A stretch of 64,000 nucleotides of DNA. It comes from a virus (lineage: Duplodnaviria; Caudoviricetes). The stretch spans positions 136,690-200,689 of the IMG/VR virus record IMGVR_UViG_3300047160_009226. One strand, 5' to 3'. Positions 56,312 through 64,000 of the stretch are shown here, in pieces; the stretch's first letter is position 1, and every line of letters starts with the position of its first letter. The notes under the pieces were generated by a model that was not told the DNA's origin, made no database searches, and saw only the letters and a program-made list of their open reading frames with translations. Made by a program: the position numbers and the translations under genes.

Positions 56312-58682
56312 TCACGTATAAGACATGGCCATGGGAGGTGCGGTGCCATCACCGAGTCCTCCGAAACCAAAAGTACGCGGCACGACTTCGTTCTGCCCTG
56401 CAATAGCGAACTCTTCACTCGTCAGAAGGACATGTGCGAATGTGATCGTCGGATTCGTACCGCCACCAGTATTACCCGCAAGGAACAGAGTGACATTCGT
56501 CGTTGACGCGGTGAATGGTGCAACAGGTGGCCACTGATATGCATACGGGTCCGGAATCACACCATCCCGGAATAGACGCATCGTGCCATCGACACTCATA
56601 ACACCCTGAAAGACGGCTGCAGGGTTTGGATCCCCTGTGCAATTCGATACCGTAATCCCATTGGCAATAAATGAACGTGTGCTTGATTCGTACACGTCAT
56701 AAACATCAACGGGATAGTACCAGGGAGTAACTCTTTCAACCTTATCAAAGTACCAGTCCTGTGCCTGATACATTCTCAAAAGTTGGAGTTCAGAGCCAGA
56801 GCACTTCAAAGTTTCTGCCCGCTGAATAATGCGAGGCAAAGTCGTCTCAGCCAAAACGTTCGAATGTCCATTCCTAACGTTCTTAATTCGAGCCGTCGTC
56901 GCATCTTCTTCTCGATCCCTGGCTTTATACACATACTTACCAGGGAACAGAGCCCGAATCAGAACCTGAGCATAGGGAACATACAGGGATTTATCAATCT
57001 CCTGTGTCCGGTTCGCAAAGTAAGATTCCAAGGCGTCCTGCTTGGAATCCAATGCAAAACCAACTTTCTCTAGGAACCACTTCCTGCTGCGAATCCCAAC
57101 CACCCGAACGTCATACCTTCTTGCAACATACTTTCGTCCGTTGATCTCAGACTTAAAAGACGTCGGAGTAATGGTGGAAATGACTCCCAGCAAATGCAAA
57201 GCTCGACGAACATCCCTGGCCAAAAAACGATACTTGGTCGAAAAATGAATAACACCTCCATTTCTCACACCACCATCCGTAGTGAATAAGCCTCGTAGCA
57301 GTGCTCCCAATTGCTTCTCTCCCAAAGACCACGTCTGTTCAGGGAGTCCCTTCTCTCTCCACCGGCCCTTCGGTTGATAAGAAGGAATCTCAGTGAATTT
57401 TGATCGATCCGCCTTTCGTGTACCCAAGTAAAATTGAGTCTGTTCGCAATCCATCTCCCCATTTTCCAACTCAAACGGAGGACGAATCGACTCAGAATAT
57501 TCAAGACCCTCTTCCTGGAAGAAATCCTCCAGTAGAGATACCAAGCTCTTCTCAGACTCAGTCACTTGCCATACCAATCTCCCGTTATCATCCTGAGATC
57601 CATCTCCATAAAGATGACCGATGGCATACCACCTCTTGATCGACCCACCACGATCCTCAGGGATCAACCCTCCATGACCACGACGACACAACAACCAATC
57701 TCCCTCCCCCAACTCATCGGCCCGTTTCCAGCTCAGCGTCCCGTCACCACGCATCACTCGCATCTTATGATCTGGAGTGACTCTGATATCGTTATGCAGC
57801 TCGGTACGAATCCTCAGGACGTCCCTCTTGCCCTGATAAACCAATCCCCTGTGCCTCTGAATTCCATGCTCAGAAAGCACCCGACCAGGCTCATCCAACA
57901 AGGAATCAATCCGATGATAACCTATAGGTGTCATGATTCTTGAGTCTGCGGCTAAACAACCACGCACGACTTGTGTGTTGTTGTTCATAGTCCAGTCAGC
58001 TCCCATCATAAACATGCCCGTTGGATTCGTCGGAGAGTAATTCGGCGGAGCCCCTCCCGGCCAACCACCCCCAGCAGGGAAATTAGGAGGCCACAGATTC
58101 ACCTGTGCCTGAGCCAACCAACCAGGAAACGGATTTCGGTTGATAGGAGCCGGATTCAAAGGGAGTGTCGGTACGTTCGATGTTGTCCGGACTGCCCGAT
58201 ATGTACTTGCAGAGTAAGTCTCTGATCTCTGCAAACCGATCACATTGCAATTCAACTTGATTGATGCCGCTGGATCGACCGTAAACCCAGCTGAATTCAT
58301 CCAGACCCCACCACGGGTATTCCCAGTAGGATTGGGATCAGCCTGAAAAGACTGGATCGCCAATCCATTCGGCGACACGATCATGCTCTGAGGATACACC
58401 CTCCAGTTGACTAACCAGTCCGAAATCAAATTCCAGACCGTAGGAAGACCTCCCTGAAGTTCGAAGGTCAGTGCCCCTGAGAATTGCATCTGACTATCTG
58501 CGTAGTTTGTGTGTTGAGCACCAGTCCACCACCCGGCTCCCCATACTGCTTCGGAGAGAATCGGGTTCACCTCGCGGTTCAATCCACCCGTGTTTGTCAA
58601 CAGGAGAATTGCAGGATATTGACCGCCTGGAGATGCGGTAGGTCCACCTAACTTCGCAAAACCCGAAGTACCCTATTGACAT
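56312..58682 (-). CDS. Tail tube-like protein, paralogue 3, intein-containing; true start at 58682 needs a +1 shift at codon 8
   Basis: Exteins align with the other tube paralogues (GYFGFAKL vs GYSGYAIV; ADWTMNNN...PNPAAVFQG vs NWSLTFNN...PNPALISAG); SD GGGGGG before 58682. Confidence 0.75.
56642..57958 (-). mobile_element. Intein with LAGLIDADG homing endonuclease (439 aa)
   Basis: Block A G|CLAADSRIMT, block B IRVTPDH, LAGLIDADG-like AIGHLYGDG and LRGLFTTDG, block F/G VYDV...FIANGITVSN|C. Confidence 0.95.
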
Positions 58683-58743
58683 AGGATACCCCCCTTTCTT
58701 TGAAAAAAGACACCCTGATTTCCGTGACGCCTCAATCTACCCA

Positions 58744-59229
58744 TTACTCATCCGAGAGTGGAAATAGCTTGAATTTACTTTTTTCCTTCAATCGATATGG
58801 ATAAGGAAACACATTAAATCCGCCCTTCGCCGCCACAACAATCGGAAAATATCCTATGAGTCCCGTCATACGCCCCTTAATAGCATAAAAAATTGTCGGT
58901 TCCTTATCTTCAAGAAGATTCATATCAACACCTACAATAATACCAGGACGTTTACCAGGTTCTGTCCAACTCAAAGCCTCTTTAATAAGTAATGAAGAAC
59001 TGATCTTTTCAGCGATTGCTAATCCCATGTGATCTGCTGGATCACACAAAAAGATAACAGGATGATTGATTCCTTCGTGAGCTAAACGATTGGCGAGTGC
59101 TTCACAGCGATCCCAAAGAACCTGAGTCACCCTGTATGCAATTGCCTCCAGTTCTTGATCGTCAGCATCGCCCATATCGATGCCTAAACCATCATCATTG
59201 TCATCATCGGGTCTCTGAACCAACTTCAT
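58744..59229 (-). CDS. Hypothetical protein
   Basis: ORF track 58744..59313; start refined to ATG 59229 after the upstream stop. Confidence 0.65.
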   Translation of the reverse strand: MKLVQRPDDDNDDGLGIDMGDADDQELEAIAYRVTQVLWDRCEALANRLAHEGINHPVIFLCDPADHMGLAIAEKISSSLLIKEALSWTEPGKRPGIIVGVDMNLLEDKEPTIFYAIKGRMTGLIGYFPIVVAAKGGFNVFPYPYRLKEKSKFKLFPLSDE

Positions 59230-59233
59230 GCCA

Positions 59234-59530
59234 TTATTTCTCCCACCAGTTCTTGGGTTTTCGTAGATTTTCGACTGGCTCAGTACGTCCGACACGTCCT
59301 CTGCGTTTCTCAACAGACCGCTCCACCAATTCCTTCACCCATGGGATGGCTAAGAAAATCTCCAAAGCCTCCTTGATTTCCCCAGTCAACTTATTCTCAG
59401 ACATCCAGTCGAGATATCCAACTCCTGCCGGATCACTAGTGGCAATCTTCTCTAATGTCTGGCCCTGATACTTACCAAAGGGCATCGAAAATTGACAGGC
59501 TTGCTCAGGATTCATATTTTTACCCTCCAT
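59234..59530 (-). CDS. DUF3820/ExoX C-terminal-like small protein
   Basis: MPFGKYQGQTL..I......GYLDWM motif. Confidence 0.75.
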   Translation of the reverse strand: MEGKNMNPEQACQFSMPFGKYQGQTLEKIATSDPAGVGYLDWMSENKLTGEIKEALEIFLAIPWVKELVERSVEKRRGRVGRTEPVENLRKPKNWWEK

Positions 59531-60077
59531 TTTTTTCCTCTGCCTCTTTCACCAACTCCGGATCTAAAGGAGAAAGAGGGTCCTTCCAAAAGACCTTAAT
59601 ATCACGGGCAGCTGGAATTTGACCACTCGGGAATTGCTGTTTCAACCCATAGTCAAGGACAAAACTCTCAGCGACTTCCTGTTCCATCAACAAAGTAGCA
59701 AATTTGACTGCCTCAGAATCTGGCGGCATATCTTTCATTCTTTCATTAAATTCTCTTCCAAAACCGGCATAATAAATAGGACCTCCGTCGTCCTCCCTTT
59801 TTGCGTCAGGGAAGACCACACACCAAACGGTACACCCTTCAACCACATATCCGCCTTGATGCCCGATCAATCCATTAACAATTCGTGAAAGAACCTGTCC
59901 CTCCTCATCAATGTCATCTCGATTTAAAGTTTGGCCAACACTCATACGCTCATTGGCCATTTCAATAAGTTCTGCCAGAGAGAAAATTTTGATACTTTCA
60001 AAATCAATGACATCAGGATAAAAAGCTGGACCTTGTTCCAGATGATTCAGAAAATACGCATGCTCTTCGCAATCCAT
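59520..60077 (-). CDS. Hypothetical protein
   Basis: ORF track; start refined to ATG 60077 (SD AGGGG). Confidence 0.65.
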   Translation of the reverse strand: MDCEEHAYFLNHLEQGPAFYPDVIDFESIKIFSLAELIEMANERMSVGQTLNRDDIDEEGQVLSRIVNGLIGHQGGYVVEGCTVWCVVFPDAKREDDGGPIYYAGFGREFNERMKDMPPDSEAVKFATLLMEQEVAESFVLDYGLKQQFPSGQIPAARDIKVFWKDPLSPLDPELVKEAEEKNGG

Positions 60078-60210
60078 TGTCTTTCCCCTAAGCAATAAAC
60101 TTCTATTGCGATAATAGCTCAATCTCAGATCTTGAAATTTTCTCTTTCTTCTCCAACTTAAAGAGGGTCATCTCATTAAGCCACCATAAGCATGGTAACT
60201 TAATCATCGT

Positions 60211-61071
60211 TCACCTCCCCTTGATCAAACTATGCGCAGCATTAAGGGCCAAATATCGATCGTCAAAATGGTTCTGGAAGTTCACGGAGACCAACCCATT
60301 TCTAGTCTGAAATGCTGCTGCCTCCGCAATCACATCCAGATAAACTGAATTCTTGAGAATGGAACCCAGTAGATCCAGGTCTTTGATAGACTTGGCCGCA
60401 TCCACGATCTCGAATAATGCACTTACGAAGTAGGGAAAAATCTCCTTGGGCCACTTCCCACCCCGAGTCATGACGTCAAAACCGCAAGCCACCTGAGCAA
60501 GCCTGTACCCTAAGGCACAACCGCAATGGGGTTTCTGACCTGCCAAGGTGATACATCGGCTAAACTCCATTTTCATCCATGAAACCAAATCCTTATCCAG
60601 ATCAACCCCATCCTGTGGTGGCGTTGCCTTTGGAACTGGTGTGCCATTATTAGATACAGAAGTTGCAACAAGTGTCTTCTGTGGAGAAGATCCAGAAGGA
60701 GGAGATGTCATGGGAGTCACGGCAACCCCCATAATTGTCTTCGAAAACTTGGTCACCGATGCCGGAATCGGAGGATTTGTCAATGATGGTGCCGGTTTTG
60801 GCGGAGCCTTCTTAACTTGCTCCTCAAACTTCACCTCAAGGCACGGCAGACAAATAACTGAAAAAACCTCTTCTTTCGGACCGGCAGGAAACGACTCAGT
60901 GGCTGCCACGATCCACGCAACACACTGCTCCAGGGCAATAGTTCTACGCCCGTTCCCCTTCTTCGGAGGAATCAACTTCTGGGCTTCAGACTTTGTCTTG
61001 GCAGGCTTCCTCTTCCCAGGAACCTTCTTCTCGGAAACCTTCTTCTCGGATGTCATACTCATCGACTCCAT
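60211..61071 (-). CDS. Hypothetical protein, Lys-rich N-terminus and Pro/Ser/Thr linker
   Basis: ORF track. Confidence 0.65.
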   Translation of the reverse strand: MESMSMTSEKKVSEKKVPGKRKPAKTKSEAQKLIPPKKGNGRRTIALEQCVAWIVAATESFPAGPKEEVFSVICLPCLEVKFEEQVKKAPPKPAPSLTNPPIPASVTKFSKTIMGVAVTPMTSPPSGSSPQKTLVATSVSNNGTPVPKATPPQDGVDLDKDLVSWMKMEFSRCITLAGQKPHCGCALGYRLAQVACGFDVMTRGGKWPKEIFPYFVSALFEIVDAAKSIKDLDLLGSILKNSVYLDVIAEAAAFQTRNGLVSVNFQNHFDDRYLALNAAHSLIKGR

Positions 61072-61177
61072 AATTTCTGATGTAACTTGTATCTAGCCCC
61101 GTAAAGGAGTGACGATTTCTCCTCTCCTAAGAAATCGCCACCCACTTCCAGACAGAAGTACTTCTGCCTAGACCAAT

Positions 61178-61390
61178 CTAGTCCTCGTCGTCCTCTTCCT
61201 CGATCTCATCATCGTCCTCGTCATCGTCGCCATCGTCGCTGATAATCCTCGACTGATCATTCAGGTGCTCCTGAATCTCGTCAAAAAGTTCCTCTTTGGT
61301 ATCGTCATCGAGTTCTGGATCATTTGCGATGGCATCAATTGCTTTCATCACATCCGCTTTCAATAGATCCGACTTGACTGACATGGGCAC
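61178..61390 (-). CDS. Small, highly acidic protein
   Basis: C-terminus DDGDDDEDDDEIEEEDDED; SD AGGAGG; own promoter. Confidence 0.7.
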   Translation of the reverse strand: MPMSVKSDLLKADVMKAIDAIANDPELDDDTKEELFDEIQEHLNDQSRIISDDGDDDEDDDEIEEEDDED

Positions 61391-61435
61391 CTCCTAAGAA
61401 TTCAATCGAAACCTGATGATCCGCTCCCGTAACCT

Positions 61436-61464
61436 ACTATACCCCCAACAAGCGAGAATTTCTC
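61436..61464 (-). promoter_or_regulatory. Phage promoter motif GAGAAA-N17-TATAGT
   Basis: GAGAAATTCTCG...GGGGTATAGT; upstream element is the palindrome CGAGAA-A-TTCTCG. Confidence 0.75.
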
Positions 61465-61548
61465 GGTGGAACCCAGATTGATGATATTCTACTTGGCTAC
61501 AATAATTCTAATTGCCAGTCAAGTCGTTCTCGACACGGTAAGCATGGA

Positions 61549-62223
61549 TTAACGCCCTCCGATATATTGCCTGAAATATTGTTCCACCTTCTTATCTGGA
61601 AGTCCCCGAACCAAATTGAGTGCTTCTTGCTTGGTCTTCTCTGGATTCTGACTCAACCATCTAGCAATCAATTCTCCCCTCATCTTGTTCAATCGAGCCG
61701 GTTCATCAGACTCCGGTCCATAGGTGCGTGGCCACTGACCATACCTCTCCAGAAATCTGAGTAACTGTCTTCCCTTCACAAATTTATCAGCCGATAATTC
61801 TTCTGAGAAGTAATCGCCTGGCTCTACATGGGAAGGATACTGACCATAATAGTTCTCATCTTCTTCCGGTCTTTGCTCGACTCGATTTTCTGTATCATAG
61901 ATGATCACCAGTAATCCATGATTCAAAATATCTCTATCCGTGACATCATGAAAGTCTTTTCCTAGCTTAACTCCAATATGGTGAACCATCGCAGTAACGG
62001 CTCTTCCCAATCCTCCCTTATCTGCTGCAAACACTATTTCAGATAGATCTTCCCCTGCTTCCAAATATTCTCCATAAGCCTGCTCTACAAAATGACCAAC
62101 TCCACCTACCAAACCGATCTGTCTAATACTCGCTTCGTTATCTACGGTAGTGCCGTGGTACAGAGTCCTGGCGATTTTTCGTGACCCACAAAGTAATCGA
62201 GCAATTCGGGTGATTCTATCCAC
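61549..62223 (-). CDS. ADP-ribosyltransferase-fold-like protein with Arg-rich leader
   Basis: RTLYHGTTVDNEASIRQIGL (YHGT..I...GL start of ART/Tpt1-like folds); leader MDRITRIARLL. Confidence 0.55.
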   Translation of the reverse strand: MDRITRIARLLCGSRKIARTLYHGTTVDNEASIRQIGLVGGVGHFVEQAYGEYLEAGEDLSEIVFAADKGGLGRAVTAMVHHIGVKLGKDFHDVTDRDILNHGLLVIIYDTENRVEQRPEEDENYYGQYPSHVEPGDYFSEELSADKFVKGRQLLRFLERYGQWPRTYGPESDEPARLNKMRGELIARWLSQNPEKTKQEALNLVRGLPDKKVEQYFRQYIGGR

Positions 62224-62233
62224 GAATCCATCC

Positions 62234-62911
62234 TCAAATCAAATTTTGAGACACCATATTGTCATAGATTTCCTTGGCTCGTTTCATCACAGCCTGAGTA
62301 GCAAACTTTCGCTCCTCTTCTGTCGGAGTGTAGGACTCGACACCTTCAAGATACCGATCCACATAATTTTCTGCATGAAGTTCCCCTAACTTGCGATGAA
62401 AATAATTCCAGATCCGGAAATTCGGTTCGTCTTTCAAATGGCGAAGCATCTGCCGCAATCTAGGAGTGAACTCGCTGAGATGAGCCTGTTGATCCTTCAT
62501 TTCGTACTTCTTATCGATCAGCAAATCATGCAGATGTTCCACCTCATGAATGAAGGAGCCACCCAGAGACCGACCACTCCCTTTATGCTTGAAGCCCCAC
62601 TTGCCAACTTCTATGTAACCATGCCTAACATTGTGTACAAGTCTAGCCGCACATCCCCGAATCAACGGATTCCAGAACACCGAAATCAACCCCATACCAT
62701 TCGCAGCCCGAGGAAAGAAATCAGAGACATGCCCAAGAAACAATATGTTCGTCTTGTAATCCGCATAAGGGTCCTTCACTAGATTACGCAAGACTTCCTG
62801 AAGTTTCTTCTGGGCATACACCTCATCGTCAACGGTCGCACCGCTCCCGATCTCATTCCAGTTCGCCAGAAGCCTCCGTGCCAGTCCCATTGTTCGTGAT
62901 AAAGTCTGCAT
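62234..62911 (-). CDS. Putative zincin (HExxH) metalloprotein with Arg-rich leader
   Basis: SFIHEVEHLHD...HLSEF; start refined to ATG 62911 (MQTLSRTMGLARRLLA). Confidence 0.6.
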   Translation of the reverse strand: MQTLSRTMGLARRLLANWNEIGSGATVDDEVYAQKKLQEVLRNLVKDPYADYKTNILFLGHVSDFFPRAANGMGLISVFWNPLIRGCAARLVHNVRHGYIEVGKWGFKHKGSGRSLGGSFIHEVEHLHDLLIDKKYEMKDQQAHLSEFTPRLRQMLRHLKDEPNFRIWNYFHRKLGELHAENYVDRYLEGVESYTPTEEERKFATQAVMKRAKEIYDNMVSQNLI

Positions 62912-62915
62912 ACCT

Positions 62916-63401
62916 TCAGCTTTCCACGAATTGAACAAGCATTTCATTTAATCCGCGAACTTTGTCCCACAACTTACCGACATTGACCCATTTCCATATA
63001 CCAACAATCCCGGAATCCAAGTTCACCTGGAACTCCTGGATCTCAGCAACCTGTTTTGAGATCAAATCAGTTATTGGCAACTCTTCATACTTAAAAGTCA
63101 CCTTATACGGCAGTGAGAAAGTCTCATAGAAAAGATGGGGTAAAGCCCCGTACTTGATCCGATACCCGTACGAAGATTTTTCCAAGAAAACAGCACGGTC
63201 TGAAGTCCCGGTTTCCTTAATCTGATTTTTAAATCGTTCATACGACTTGTTCAGAACAATGAACCCATCCTCTACAATATAGACGCCTCCGTGCCTGAGA
63301 GTGTACGTCCCGACCTTCGACGCATAACCAGGAAACACACTCACCGTATCAATACGTGGAACATCACCAGAAAAAATTTCATCTAAACTCGTTTCAGCCA
63401 T
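62916..63401 (-). CDS. Hypothetical protein
   Basis: ORF track; start refined to ATG 63401 (MAETSLDE). Confidence 0.6.
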   Translation of the reverse strand: MAETSLDEIFSGDVPRIDTVSVFPGYASKVGTYTLRHGGVYIVEDGFIVLNKSYERFKNQIKETGTSDRAVFLEKSSYGYRIKYGALPHLFYETFSLPYKVTFKYEELPITDLISKQVAEIQEFQVNLDSGIVGIWKWVNVGKLWDKVRGLNEMLVQFVES

Positions 63402-63424
63402 TGCTTTTACACCTAGAGCTAAAA

Positions 63425-64000
63425 TCACGGAAACGGAATCAAAAATCGTTTTCTCGTTGGAGGAACATTCCCAGGGTCTTCGCGATCACGACGATTACCA
63501 GGTCCAGGATCACGAGGAGTTCTCTCAATCATAGGATCGCGAAGTTTTCTCCCTCGCTGATGCGGTGTCTTCCCCTTGAGATACGAGTAAAACTTCTCAG
63601 CATCATAAATCTCTTCCTTGCCCGTCACCGGCTCGTCCGTCTCAGTTACGATATTCCCATCGCGATCCAACATCTCAAAATGAAATCCCGGCTCACCATC
63701 CTTATCAATCTTTTCCCCATAAATCACCGTTGATTGATTATACTTCATACACATCTGCAACAAAAACTCACGGGTGATATGTGGAATCAAAAGAGATCCC
63801 TCAGGCAAGTCTTCATACATACCTCCAATACTGATCGCTCTCCCCAGACCACCCTTACGCAAATCACGCCGAAGTCTAACTGTTGCTCGCTCATTGTCTT
63901 CAATCTTTGCGGCTTTCGACCTTGGATTCCAAGCGGTCATGATCCCGATGGAATCAACCTCAGGATTCAACCCCGCAAGCATCGACCGCAGGTGAGCGTA
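63425..64000 (-). CDS. DUF3293-like large-phage protein, probably 5'-truncated by window edge
   Basis: GIMTAWNP...NERATVRLRRDL...GG.Y...EGSLLI...KYNQ.TVIYG; frame stays open to 64000. Confidence 0.6.
   Translation of the reverse strand, partial: YAHLRSMLAGLNPEVDSIGIMTAWNPRSKAAKIEDNERATVRLRRDLRKGGLGRAISIGGMYEDLPEGSLLIPHITREFLLQMCMKYNQSTVIYGEKIDKDGEPGFHFEMLDRDGNIVTETDEPVTGKEEIYDAEKFYSYLKGKTPHQRGRKLRDPMIERTPRDPGPGNRRDREDPGNVPPTRKRFLIPFP

Noticed and set aside
60111-60144. GAGAAAATTTC resembling the promoter element (similarly GAGAAATT at about 36149-36156)
   Set aside because: No TATAGT-like box at the 23-nt offset seen in the six accepted copies
747-63995. All plus-strand ORFs in the track (for example 44183..44602, 45436..45891, 60548..61096)
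   Set aside because: Antisense shadows of well-supported minus-strand genes, with no motifs or SD sites
1-64000. tRNA/rRNA genes and CRISPR arrays
   Set aside because: No cloverleaf (TTCGAATC arm), rRNA-like tract or repeat-spacer array seen in any intergenic gap

Overview
64 kb of a large tailed dsDNA phage genome (probably jumbo-size; Planctomycete/PVC host suggested by two small accessory genes). Essentially all real genes are on the minus strand. In transcription order (right to left): small accessory and candidate internal-head genes; a non-contractile tail module with three tail-tube paralogues (one carrying a LAGLIDADG intein and an apparent +1 frameshift at codon 8), several tail-assembly-chaperone paralogues, a tape measure, a hub and a set of very large Pro-rich Ig/jelly-roll proteins. 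This module is interrupted by three Dam-family methyltransferases (one degenerate), two HNH and one GIY-YIG free-standing endonucleases, and promoter-bearing accessory cassettes. It is followed by nucleotide metabolism (dcd, class II RNR) and replication/transcription genes (SNF2, DnaB, two sigma factors, stand-alone primase Zn finger, a PolA split over two genes). No tRNA, rRNA or CRISPR array was seen. Most notable: the intein plus frameshift in a tube gene, a repeated non-canonical promoter (GAGAAW-N17-TATAGT, 6 copies), an Arg-rich N-terminal leader shared by four unrelated proteins, the split PolA, and a duplicated methyltransferase 5' end flanking an HNH gene. Family assignments are motif recognition by eye, not database searches.
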